Positions 31,612 to 64,000 of a stretch of 64,000 bases of DNA are shown piece after piece. Source of the DNA: Macrostomum lignano (taxonomy: Eukaryota); NCBI GenBank assembly GCA_002269645.1, contig NIVC01000266.1, positions 186,001-250,000 of the forward strand, read 5' to 3'. How positions within the stretch are numbered: the stretch's first letter is position 1; each line of letters opens with the position of its first letter. The notes beneath the pieces are model-generated. The model was not told the DNA's origin. It searched no databases and saw only the letters and a program-made list of their open reading frames with translations. The position numbers were made by a program, and so were the translations under genes.

Positions 31612-33850
31612 AGAAGCGTCATGTAAACAATCATAGAAGTGTCATGTAAAAAATTATAGAAGCGTCATATAAAAATCATAGAAGCGTCATTTAAAAAATC
31701 ATAGAAGCGTCATGTAAAAAATCATAGAAGCGTCATGTAAAAATCATAGAAGCGCAATGTAAAAAATCATAGAAGCGTCATGTAAACAATCATAGAAGCG
31801 TCATGTAAAAAATCATAGAAGCGTCATGTAAACAATCATAGAAGCGTCATGTAAACAATCATAGAAGCGTCATGTAAAAAATCATAGAAGCGTCATGTAA
31901 ACAATCATAGAAGCGTCATGTAAACAATCATAGAAGCGTCATGTAAACAATCATAGAAGCGTCATGTAAACAATCATAGAAGCGTCATGTAAACAATCAT
32001 AGAAGCGTCATGTAAACAATCATAGAAGCGTCATGTAAACAATCATAGAAGCGTCATGTAAAAAATCGTAGCAGCGTCATGAAAAAATCATAGAAGCGTC
32101 ATTTAAAAAATCATAGAAGCGTCATGTAAACAATCATAGAAGCGCCATGTAAACAATCATAGAAGCGTCATGTAAACAATCATAGAAGCGTCATGTAAAC
32201 AATCATAGAAGCGTCATGTAAACAATCATAGAAGCGTCATGTAAACAATCATAGAAACGTCATGTAAAAAATCGTAGCAGCGTCATGAAAAAATCATAGA
32301 AGCGTCATTTAAAAAATCATAGAAGCGTCATGTAAACAATCATAGAAGCGCCATGTAAACAATCATAGAAGCGTCATTTAAAAAATCATAGAAGCGTCAT
32401 GTAAACAATCATAGAAGCGTCATGTAAACAATCATAGAAGCGTCATGTAAACAATCATAGAAGCGTCATGTAAACAATCATAGAAGCGTCATGTAAAAAA
32501 TCATAGAAGCGTCATGTAAACAATCATAGAAGCGTCATGTAAAAATCATAGAAGCGCCATGTAAAAAATCATAGAAGCGTCATTTAAAAAATCATAGAAG
32601 CGTCATGTAAACAATCATAGAAGCGCCATGTAAACAATCATAGAAGCGTCATTTAAAAAATCATAGAAGCGTCATGTAAACAATCATAGAAGCGTCATGT
32701 AAAAAATCATAGAAGCGTCATGTAAACAATCATAGAAGCGTCATGTAAACAATCATAGAAGCGTCATGTAAACAATCATAGAAGCGTCATGTAAACAATC
32801 ATAGAAGCGTCATGTAAACAATCATAGAAGCGCCATGTAAAAAATCATAGAAGCGTCATGTAAACAATCATAGAAGCGTCATGAAAAAATCATAGAAGCG
32901 TCATTTAAAAAATCATAGAAGCGTCATGTAAACAATCATAGAAGCGCCATGTAAACAATCATAGAAGCGTCATTTAAAAAAATCATAGAAGCGTCATGTA
33001 AACAATCATAGAAGCGTCATGTAAACAATCATAGAAGCGTCATGTAAACAATCATAGAAGCGTCATGTAAACAATCATAGAAACGTCATGTAAAAAATCG
33101 TAGCAGCGTCATGAAAAAATCATAGAAGCGTCATTTAAAAAATCATAGAAGCGTCATGTAAAAATCATAGAAGCGCCATGTAAACAATCATAGAAGCGTC
33201 ATTTAAAAAATCATAGAAGCGTCATGTAAAAAATCATAGAAGCGTCATGTAAACAATCATAGAAGCGTCATGTAAACAATCATAGAAGCGTCATGTAAAC
33301 AATCATAGAAGCGTCATGTAAAAAATCATAGAAGCGTCATGTAAACAATCATAGAAGCGTCATGTAAAAATCATAGAAGCGCCATGTAAAAAATCATAGA
33401 AGCGTCATGTAAACAATCATAGAAGCGTCATGTAAACAATCATAGAAGCGCCATGTAAACAATCATAGAAGCGTCATTTAAAAAATCATAGAAGCGTCAT
33501 GTAAACAATCATAGAAGCGTCATGTAAAAAATCATAGAAGCGTCATGTAAACAATCATAGAAGCGTCATGTAAACAATCATAGAAGCGTCATGTAAACAA
33601 TCATAGAAGCGTCATGTAAACAATCATAGAAGCGTCATGTAAACAATCATAGAAGCGTCATGTAAACAATCATAGAAGCGTCATGTAAAAAATCATAGAA
33701 GCGTCATGTAAACAATCATAGAAGCGTCATGTGAAAAATCATCGAAGCGTCATCTTAAAAATCGTAGAAGCGTCATGTAAGAAATCATAGAAGCGTCATG
33801 TAAAAATCATAGAAGCGTCATGAAAAAATCATAGAAGCCTCATTTAAAAA
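31612..33850. repeat. 23-bp satellite, ~97 copies
   Basis: Unit ATCATAGAAGCGTCATGTAAACA, with edges that degenerate gradually. Confidence 0.97.
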
Positions 33851-34282
33851 GTAATGAAAGTGTCATTTAAAATATTAAGAAGCATCATGGTAGAATAAAA
33901 GAAGCGTCATGTCAGACATGAAGGGTGTCATGTAAAAATTAAATGAAGCTATAATGCTGTGCTGGGGAGAATTACTGAGACGTCAAGGCTCTCAGAGAAT
34001 AACTGAGATTACGGGGGGGGGGGGTTTCTGAGATGTCAAAGCAAAAGTCAGAGGCTACTTCAAAGTTCATGTACTTTACTCAATTTTTTATTGCATTCTT
34101 TGTTGGCTCGCCACGGGGGGGCGCTGATAAAAAAAGCGTAATGTAAAAAATAAAAGAAGCTTCATGTCGAACTTAAGAGATTCATTTGGGAATCCCTACG
34201 ATGTCGAGGCTTGCAGGGAATCGCTATAATGCTGTAGTAGTGCTATAATGACTCTCAGAGAGAATTACTGAAATTTCAATGC

Positions 34283-34344
34283 TTTAGGGTTAGGTTAGGG
34301 TTAGGGTTAGGGTAGGGTTAGGGTTAGGCTAGGGTTAGGGTTAG
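34283..34344 (+). repeat. Interstitial telomeric repeat (TTAGGG)~10
   Basis: TTTAGGGTTAGGTTAGGGTTAGGGTTAGGGTAGGGTTAGGGTTAGGCTAGGGTTAGGGTTAG. Confidence 0.9.
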
Positions 34345-35021
34345 AAGGTTGACAGATATTTTTAGATTTCCAAGGCTTATTGGGGGCATTGCTGAGATGT
34401 CAATGGGGGAAGTTGATATGTTAAAGCTTGTGGGGGGGGAGTTATTGACATGTCAAGGCTTACAAGGTTTGACAGGAGATTTTTTAAGATTTCAAGGAAA
34501 TATGTAGCTTATTAAAAAACGTGTATTGCATTTCTTTGGCTCCCCAACGGGGGGGCGTAGATTGCTAGTAATAAAAATATAATTAAAATCTACGAAGTGC
34601 ACAGGCAATAATATATAACTTTTAAGCTGCAAATCTTATCGATTTATATGATTATATTTACAGTCATAGCATCCGGCAGGATCTCAGCTGCAAGCACCTG
34701 ATCGCGGTGTAATTTATGGCGCCCGCAGCCCTTTTTATTACCATTTATTTTTATCAAAGCCCGGCGCCGCCGCTTTGCTTGCTTCGGCTCAGAGTCAGCC
34801 GGAGGCGTCATAAATTAACTCAAAAAATGGTTGCGAGTGGCTTTGAGATTGAGTGGGAAATTGCACTTATACGACCTACTGTGGTTGAATGGGCGGCGCG
34901 GGCTCATGACCGCAGGACTGATGCGGTTCTTCATACAAATATTAGTGCTTCTGGCTGCCGAATGGAGGGAAGCTGAGTGCCAGGGAAGGCAGTGGAGTGA
35001 CAATTTAGAAAGTAGAGTGCG

Positions 35022-35365
35022 ATGGATGAGACGGAGTGCCAGATGAGACAGTGGAGTGCCAGATGAGACAATGGAGTGCCAGATGAGACAGTGGAGTGCC
35101 AGATGAGACAATGGAGTGCCAGATGAGACAGTGGAGTGCCAGATGAGACAATGGAGTGCCAGATGAGACAGTGGAGTGCCAGATGAGATAATAGAGTGCC
35201 AGATGAGACAGTGGAGTGCCAGATGAGACAATGGAGTGCCAGATGAGGCAGTGGAGTGCCAGATGAGACAGTGGAGTGCCAGATGAGACAGTGGAATGCC
35301 AGATGTGACAATGGAGTGCCAGACGAGACAGTGGAATGCCAGATGTGACAATGGAGTGCTAGATG
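35022..35365. repeat. 20-bp minisatellite, ~16 copies
   Basis: Unit GGAGTGCCAGATGAGACA(GT/AT). Confidence 0.95.
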
Positions 35366-35849
35366 GTGATAATAGCTGGTGAAATGTTTAATTCAATTTC
35401 AACAAAACTTGTGAAAAACTACGCGCAATCATACATTCCTGATGCACTTATATTTTCGTAGTATCTGTTTGACGTAAAAATATCAAACAAGGTGATCGCA
35501 GGTGTGATAGCTACTAGAAGGCGGGGGTCATGCTCTATTTAAATGAAGAACAGTGTCCAGCACATAGGGTTCCTTGTGTCATTGCGGTAAGCATATACAT
35601 GTACGGGTGGACAGTTATGGTGAGACAAGCTTTAACAATGCGTACACCTTGAATTACCGTGTTGGAACTGGCCGTAGCATGAAAAAGGGAGATTTGGGAA
35701 ATGCGGCTACAAGCAAAGCAAGCCGAAGGTTCTCGCAGATTGATAAATAATTTAGTATCTTGGGCATGGCAGACAGCTCACACAACATTCCAATTGATAT
35801 AGCCTTCACAACTGGCACAGACTCCAATCGACACAAACTGACACAGACC

Positions 35850-36265
35850 CCAATTGACAGCCTTCACAACTGGCATAAATTCCAATTGACAGCCTTCACA
35901 ACTGGCATAAATTCCAATTGACAGCCTTCACAACTGGCATAAATTCCAATTGACAGCCTTCACAACTGGCATAAATTCCATTGACAGCCTTCACAACTGG
36001 CATAAATTCCATTGACAGCCTTCACAACTGGCATAAATTCCAATTGACAGCCTTCACAACTGGCATAAATTCCAATTGACAGCCTTCACAACTGGCATAA
36101 ATTTCAATTGACAGCCTTCACAACTGGCATAAATTTCAATTGACAGCCTTCACAACTGACACAGACTCCAATTGACAGCCTTCACAACTGACACAGACTC
36201 CAATTGACAGCCTTCACAACTGACACAGACTCCAATTTACAGCCTTCACAACTGACACAGACTCC
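35850..36265. repeat. 32-bp minisatellite just downstream of the G-gamma 2 stop codon
   Basis: Unit CAATTGACAGCCTTCACAACTGGCATAAATTC, ~13 copies. Confidence 0.95.
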
Positions 36266-36318
36266 AATTTACAGCCTCCCGCTGACAGCCCCTTCCTGTT
36301 TCTGCCAGCAGTCCCAGA

Positions 36319-36519
36319 TCAAAGCAGGGAGCAGCCGCCGCTCTCCTGGAACGGGTTGTCCTTCTTGGCAGCGAACCCGGTGACCAGGCAGTCGCCTTCC
36401 TTCTCCTTCTCCACGAATTGCAGCATCTCGCGAACGCACTCGGACACCGGCTTTCGCTCCAGGGCGGCCTCTTGACGCAGCTGCTCAACCATCTTCTTCT
36501 GTTGAGAGATGGCCGCCAT
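36319..36519 (-). CDS. Heterotrimeric G-protein gamma subunit 2 of this window (66 aa)
   Basis: MVEQLRQEAALERKPVS..NPFQESGGCSLL (GGL domain, CaaX-L). The acceptor ctcccccag lies immediately before the ATG; likely 5'UTR exon donor gtaagt at 37318. Confidence 0.92.
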   Translation of the reverse strand: MAAISQQKKMVEQLRQEAALERKPVSECVREMLQFVEKEKEGDCLVTGFAAKKDNPFQESGGCSLL

Positions 36520-36564
36520 CTGGGGGAGTGCGGAGCAGATACATGTACATTTTGGACATTACAT

Positions 36565-36900
36565 GATACATGCTAGACATTGTAGACACCTGTTGAACAT
36601 TACAGATACCTGTTTGACATTACAGACACCTGCTGGACATTACAGACACCTGTTTGACATTACAGATACCTGTTGGACATTACAGATACCTGTTGGACAT
36701 TGCAGGATGCCTGATGAAGAGTACAGACACTAATTTGACATTACAGATACCTGTTGAACATTACAGATACATTTTTGATATTACAGATGCATTTTTGACA
36801 TTACAGATACCTGTTTGACAATAAAGATGCCTGTTTGACATTAAATATACCTGTTAGACATTGCAGACACCTGTTAGACATTACAAATACCTGATGTAAA
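36565..36900. repeat. Degenerate ~21-bp minisatellite in the G-gamma 2 5' intron
   Basis: Unit approximately GACATTACAGATACCTGTTT. Confidence 0.85.
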
Positions 36901-37959
36901 TTGCCGATACCCTGTAGATATTTCCATTCGCCCGTTTAATACATAAGGGTCTTCAATTGAACATCAGAACAGTCGGTTGCACAGAGATGTTCTAAAACTT
37001 TAGGAGAGCGGCCGCCCTGCTGCAGGCCAAGTCCGGGATGAAATGTCACGCTCCCCGTGGCTTATCAGGCCAGCGCTAAAGCGGGGGGGGGGCACCAGCC
37101 GCATGTGGCAGAGCAAAGAAGTGCTTTGGATTATTTTTGTTCAGCTAAAACCAACTTTGCGCAGTGTGTATGTTTGTATTCAAGCCGCGACACTAAGTCA
37201 ACACAGCACTTCAGACAGTCGTGGCTGCAGGAGGGTTCAACTGTCCCCATATTGGAAAAGGAACCCTATTTTAAAATATTGCAGCCCCGGGTCCATGAAC
37301 AGCGAGCACAGCACTTACAGCTGACTACAGGTGACTGCTTCTGGGTTTCTTGCGTCTCACGCTGCCGGTGCAGGTGCAATTCTTGCGCGGAGCTTTCGGT
37401 CCCGCTGCCTGCCTGCTTGGAGCTACAGTTCTGTCTTTATGAGGCTTTGGCGCAGTCAGTGCAACCTTGATTGCCGCAACAGCGCACGAGACAAGCTTAG
37501 GGAAGGCATCAAGGATGTCTCTCTCCCTCTCCTCCCTCTCCCTCCTCTGTACCCTCCCTGCGCCGCAAGCCGTCGCAAACAAGGCGATTCCGAGTGTTCG
37601 GAGGTCGGATCAATACGAATGCGCGGTGCCTGGCTGAAAGCAGACACTAAAAAGGCCATGAGGAACTTCGGTTGCGGGCGCTGCAGAGGCTGCGCATTCA
37701 AGGGGTGGGTAGTCCGCTGCCAGGTGCTCTGCACTCTTCAGTAACTTGCTGTACGCTCTCTGCCGCCTGCCTTCTGCAGGTGTGGTGGTGGAATTTTCAC
37801 GAATTTAAAACAAGAAATGCATCTGACAAGAAATTCAGATACATGAATCCGGCCGTAGAGCTAATGTGGTATCACAATGGCGTCATTTCAAGGTTTTCGA
37901 TCCTACTGACAAGCAAACGCCTTCCTCTGACACCACAGAACATCTGACACCCCATAGCA

Positions 37960-38462
37960 TCTGACACCACAGCCTCCACTGACACTCTATAGCCTCCACT
38001 GACGCTCCACAGCCTCCACTGACGCTCCACAGCCTCCACACAGCCTCCAATGACGCTCCACAGCCTCCACTGACGCTCCACAGCCTCCACACAGCCTCCA
38101 ATGACACTCCACATCCTCCACTGACACTCCACAGCCTCCACTGACGCTCCACAGCCTCCACAGACGCTCCACACCCCGCAATGACGCTCCACAGCCTCCA
38201 ATGACGCTCCACATCCTCCACTGACGCTCCACAGCCTCCACTGACGCTCCACAGCTTCCACTGACGCTCCACAGCCTCCACAGCCTCCAATGATGCTCCA
38301 TAGCCTCCACTGACGCTCCACAGCCTCCACAGCCTCCAATGACGCTCCATAGCCTCCAATGACACTCCACATCCTCCACTGACACTCCACAGCCTCCACT
38401 GACGCTCCACAGCCTCCACAGACGCTCCACACCCCGCAATGACGTTCCACAGCTTCCACTGG
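37960..38462. repeat. Degenerate 10/20-bp minisatellite
   Basis: Unit approximately CTGACGCTCCACAGCCTCCA. Confidence 0.9.
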
Positions 38463-39144
38463 CACTCAGAAAGTGGCGGTTCCAAATTCGAAATCCGCAG
38501 TATTAAAACGACTTTTATCTCTTTTGTCAGTTGTGTATGGCGCACTGATACTCTTTATGCACTACTTGCAACAGGCTTGTTGGGAAATTTACTTATTACC
38601 GCTGAATGACGTGACTAGAACATTCTGACCAGTCAGTAAGGCTGGATTTGTACTTTAAAACCAGGAGTTTCAGCAACATTTTGAGCAACACTGTGGTAGC
38701 CGGGACCAAAGTCGAAGTTTCTTGCGTCCTTGAGACCAGAAATCCGTGCAATGCAGCTGCCGTCGGCCCGTCACTGTCTCTCTTCCTCTCTACTTTCTGT
38801 CTCCCAAGGCGGGCGAAGTCTTGAAGGCATAATTGGATTCCCAGAGCCTTGGGGGGAGGAGAGCAGAGATAGGTATCACTGGATGCGGAGCGCTCTCTGG
38901 ATTGTACATTGATATTCTGGCTCGTCTGTGCTCACTGCCCGACTGAGTTGCCAGTTCCTGCATGCTGCCATTCGCCCAGAGTGAAAAAATCCCCGGAAAT
39001 TTTCCCACTCTGCCGACTGTTTTTGGCCTATAAACCGTGGGGGGGGAAATTTTTACCTTTATACTTTTCACCGAAAATCAATAATAGCGCTAATGGGAGT
39101 TCTCGTGGTGGCACCGAGAGGGTCTTCATGGTGGTGCCGATGGG

Positions 39145-39705
39145 GGTCCTCATATTGGCGCAGAGGGGGTCCTCATATTGGCGCAGAGAGGGTCCTCATA
39201 TTGGTGCAGAGAGGGTCCTCATATTGGCGCAGAGAGGGTCCTCATATTGGCGCAGAGAGGGTCCTCATATTGGCGCAGAGAGGGTCCTCATATTGGCGCA
39301 GAGAGGGTCCTCATATTGGCGCAGAGAGGGTCCTCATATTGGCGCAGAGAGGGTCCTCATATTGGCGCAGAGAGGGTCCTCATATTGGCGCAGAGAGGGT
39401 CCTCATATTGGCGCAGAGAGGGTCCTCATATTGGCGCAGAGAGGGTCCTCATATTGGTGCAGAGAGGGTCCTCATATTGGTGCAGAGAGGGTCCTCATAT
39501 TGGTGCAGAGAGGGTCCTCATATTGGCGCAGAGAGGGTCCTCATATTGGTGCAGAGAGGGTCCTCATATTGGCGCAGAGAGGGTCCTCATATTGGCGCAG
39601 AGAGGGTCCTCATATTGGCGCAGAGAGGGTCCTCATGTTGGCGCAGAGAGGGTCCTCATATTGGCGCAGAGAGGGTCCTCATATTGGCGCAGAGAGGGTC
39701 CTCAT
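39145..39705. repeat. 23-bp minisatellite, ~24 copies
   Basis: Unit GGGTCCTCATATTGGCGCAGAGA. Confidence 0.96.
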
Positions 39706-40449
39706 GGCACCAAAGCTGGCCAGCTGGAAGAGGCCAAAACTAAAACCAACATTGCATTGATTTCTCCACAACTTCTAAAGTTCTGACCGTCTTTTTCTGC
39801 CTTCGATAGCATCAATTTTCCTGTTCTGCAATCGCTATGTAGAACACCTGCCTGTCTCAAATTATGATTAGGAGAAGCCAAGACAGCAACAATGAGCAGC
39901 AGCTGCCCTTAAGACAGCGCCTTTGGCGGCAGGACGGCAGAGAGACCAGTAAAGCCGAAGTCTCGTTGCATGGAAATCGGCCCTAATGAGAACTCAACAC
40001 CTCCTTCTGGCCGCAGCGGGTTGCTGGGAGGCGAGAGGAGGGCGGGGCGTCGCTGGCAGGCCTTACCAACCCCAGCCGAGCGGGGATTCCGCCGGATCCG
40101 TCAGGACGCAGGAATCGCAGCGAGATTTGTCAAGGCTCGAGCGTTTACGCGTCGAGGAACTGACGCGCTGTCATGCATAAATCATGCCAGCCGGGGCCTC
40201 TCCAGCCCCCTTCAGGCCGGCTCGAGCTGGCTCTGACTGGCTGTTTACTCTGCAGCCACGGTTCTGATCTGCTGAAAGCAGGATGGCTGCCCCCTGTGCA
40301 GCGGGCGGAGCCAACAGTTTCTGTCTGTCTGACGTTTTTTTTCATTTTAAAGCGCCGCTGAAACATGTCTTGCGCACGGAACGATAACTTTATAAGTTTT
40401 ATAAATTTGTTCAATCATTTTTTAACGTACAACTGCGAAAAAAATTCCC

Positions 40450-40945
40450 AGAATCTCACTTCCCAGAATCTCACACTCTCCAGAATCTCACACTCTCCAA
40501 AATCTCACTGTCCAAAATCTCACTCCCCCAAATCTCACTCCAAAGAATCTCACTCCCCAAGATCTCACTCCTCAGAGAATCTCACTCCCCAGAATCTCAC
40601 TTTTCAATCTCACTCTCCAAAATCTCACTCCCCCAAATCTCACTCCAAAGAATCTCACTCCCCAGAATCTCACTCCCCAGAATCTCACTCCCCAGAATCC
40701 CACTCCCCAGAATCCCACTCCCCAAAATCTCACTCTCCAAAATCTCACTCCCCAGAATCTCACTCCCAAGAATCTCACTCCCAAGAATCTCACTCCCCAG
40801 AATCTCACTCCCCAGAATCTCACTCCCCAGAATCTCACTCTCCAGAATCTCACTCCCAGAAAATCTCACTCCCAGAGAATCTCACTTCCCAGAGAATCTC
40901 ACTTCTCAGAGAATCTCACTACACTGAGAATCTCACAGAATCTCG
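40450..40945. repeat. 15-bp minisatellite
   Basis: Unit AGAATCTCACTCCCC. Confidence 0.93.
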
Positions 40946-41878
40946 CAGCCATTCTCTCTATAAAAAGCCCCATATTGAAATAGAGTTTCCTAAAGAAACT
41001 TTCACTGTTGAAAAGATATTGCAGTAAAAGTGCATGCTAGGCCAATAAATCATGGTGAGACAGCCTCATAAACAATGAGTTCAGTTTATCTAGAAAGTGG
41101 CGCAGTTTAGGTGTCACTTCGTCATATCACTTAAATATTTTATTTCAGTGTGGCAAACAGACTCAAAGCAGAAGGAAACCAGACACTGAGGCAGAAGCTC
41201 TGGGAGGCGAGCGATTTGGACTTAATACCGCGACCGCAGCCCGCAAGCCTCGTGCACGGGTTTTGCCGCCCTCAGTGCGAGAGAGGGGACGGGGCAAAAA
41301 CTGCTGCTGCTGTTGCTACTAGAAGAACGGGCAGCTCCCGGCAGTCTAGGGTGTCAAAGCCCTCTCTATTTTGGCCAATACGTGCCTTCCTGCCTCTGAA
41401 GTGGGGGGGGGGAGAGAAGGGATAGAGGGGGGAGAGAAGGATAGTGGAAGGGGGCAGTCCTGGCTGGGATCGCATGCCCCCCCCTTCCCACCGACTCACA
41501 GCTGAAGCCCTGGGAGGGGGCTGCCAGGCAATTGGAGAAGATTGCAGCGTCAATGATTGGCCCACAGCGCGCCCTCTCCCTCGCTGCTCCCCCCCCCTAT
41601 CCTCCTTATCATCTGGCGTCCCAGCTTGGCAGTGGAGCGAAGCAACTTCGCAATTCCCTCCTGGACCAGACAGCAGCAGAGCCTCTCAGCCTATCAACCC
41701 AGCCAGCTTCGGTGCCTGACAGTAAGGGAGTGGCCAAGTTCTTCAGCGTCAACTTGGACCGCAGGGCCGCACAGGCCGATGCCACGGATCGAGGGCGCGG
41801 CGGCCGCAGCTCTTCAGTGCCAGCGTTGACCCGGGCCGCAGCCGGAATGCCCTGGGCGGATCAGCGGACTGGATTACT

Positions 41879-62287
<20,409 letters not shown>

Positions 62288-63459
62288 TGTCTGCCTCTGT
62301 CTCAGTCTCTCTTCTGACTTCAGCGAACAGAAACTAATGCTTCCAAAGTTCACGCGCAGACCTCTCCTCTCGTTGCAATAGATTTGTTGCAGCGTCTGAA
62401 ACCGCTTCATCGCCCAGACTCCCATGTTGGAAAAGTAGGAAAATCTTACACAATTATCGCAAAGTCAGGGCAACCCCGTTTGACCCCCCCCCCTCTCGTT
62501 TCAGTCAGTCACTCACGCGTGAAAACGGTTGCTTTTGTTAGGAACAAAGAGAATTCAATGCTTGACACGGGGGTGGCTTTGCAGGCTTTCATACGTCTGT
62601 CAAACTTTGTGGTTCGTTCATTTTTCATTGTTTTATTTGCCCGTCTGTCTCTGTTGAAGTATCCCATGCGCATTGCAAAGCCACCTGACCCTCTTGCCAC
62701 TTGACACAGTGTGACCGATAATTTCACTCTTGTTGACTTGGAAAATCCAGCCGCTCAAACGAATGGCTGCTACCCACATCTCTGAGCACTTTGTTGCTAT
62801 CTAGCTGCTGCTGTATTGAGGAATTTTCTAAGAAAACACTGAGTAGGCCTTGGTGCAACTAACTGACCAAAGAACTGAGCGCTGGCTAGTTTCAGCTCAT
62901 ACTAGTAGTTGTCATAAATCACAGAGCACTTGTCTCCCCCCATGTCCACCCCTATCTGTCGGTCTCTGCATGCTATTAAACTAAGCTCGTCTGAACTCAT
63001 AAACAGTACGCAATGGAGCTGCTTGTTCTTGTGGCCTTAATGCAAGCTGGCATATGTATTGTTAGCTACAAACAGCAGCAGTGTTTTATATTAAAAATGC
63101 AGGTTTCCATGCGCCCGAAGACCCAACCAGCTTGGATAGTAGTATATTTAGAATTTGTTTCTCCGTGAAATACTGAGTAATCATTGCTGTTAACCCCCCG
63201 AGTTTATCTGATTAAAACAAAACAAAACTTGCTTGATGACTTGACAGTAAAATTTTCTTAATTGTTAATCATCTAAACTTTGACAATTTGCTCCGATTTT
63301 ACCATGTCAGTAAGGGCTGCGCCTGACTAGCTAATGCCTAATAAATTGATGACAGACCTGTCCAGTGCAGAGAGAATGAAATACCTCGTACTATTATAGT
63401 TTTTTATTGATTTTTTAACTGAAACTTTCGAATTGTCGAAAGGTCAGTGCCGTGTAGGT

Positions 63460-63840
63460 TGCTAGCAGGTGACACCCGAAACTGAAGCCAAGGACTATTG
63501 CTAACAGGTGACACCCACAATTGAAGCCAAGGACTATTGCTAACAGGTGACACCCACAACTGAAGCCAAGGACTATTGCTAACAGGTGACACCCACAACT
63601 GAAGCCAAGGACTATTGCTAACAGGTGACACCCACAACTGAAGCCAAGGACTATTGCTAACAGGTGACACCCACAACTGAAGCCAAGGACTATTGCTAAC
63701 AGGTGACACCCACAACTGAAGCCAAGGACTATTGCTAACAGGTGACACCCACAACTGAAACCAAGGACTATTGCTAACAGGCGACACCCACAACTGAAGC
63801 CAAGGACTATTGCTAACAGGCGACACCCACAACTGAAGCC
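63460..63840. repeat. 39-bp minisatellite x~10
   Basis: Unit GGACTATTGCTAACAGGTGACACCCACAACTGAAGCCAA. Confidence 0.95.
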
Positions 63841-63877
63841 GATGCATTTTCAAGCAAAAGTACCTTTTCGAATTCGT

Positions 63878-64000
63878 AAGCAGCCACATTAATTTGGGGC
63901 TTCTGTGCAAGAAAGTTGGCCGGGAGGGGGGGGGGGAGGCTGTTGCGCGATTCAAACCCATGAGGACCAACCCCCAAGGCACAGAATGTACATGCCTGCG
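63878..64000 (+). mobile_element. SINE body fragment of the same family, running off the window end
   Basis: GCAGCCACATTAATTTGGGGC and ACCAACCCCCAAGGC..TGTACATGCCT match the 12600-12960 SINE body. Confidence 0.6.

Noticed and set aside
31612-33850. Regular short repeats that might be CRISPR arrays (also 39145-39705 and 43880-45684)
   Set aside because: The units are head-to-tail with no unique spacers, there are no cas genes, and the context is eukaryotic.

Overview
Eukaryotic (invertebrate metazoan) genomic DNA, with no prokaryotic, CRISPR or rRNA content. TTAGGG repeats, minisatellite-filled introns and GC-rich Q/P-rich exons are reminiscent of the flatworm Macrostomum, but this is inference only. 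From left to right: (1) a CpG-stripped dead mariner and a MITE; (2) a multi-Tudor (TDRD/Tud-like, piRNA-pathway type) locus in two coding blocks (2544-9386 and 15202-18798; about 16 Tudor domains, 7 of them in a near-identical 630-bp tandem array), separated by a four-level nest of transposons; (3) a 6.5-kb APE-RT-RNase H non-LTR retrotransposon with a 14-bp TSD, a 295-bp LTR-like terminal direct repeat and a triplicated 136-bp 3' tail; (4) two minus-strand G-protein gamma genes, one of which apparently has its ATG split by an intron; (5) an 8-exon, 748-aa SP-CUB-CUB-LDLa-TM gene (Neto-like, 41879-62287) whose introns carry a series of different minisatellites. The most striking oddity is a 41/42-bp intronic satellite that is an amplified branch-point plus 3' splice site, giving about 43 decoy acceptors, each followed by an in-frame stop. 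Exon models and element boundaries were read by eye and are not supported by transcript data or database searches.
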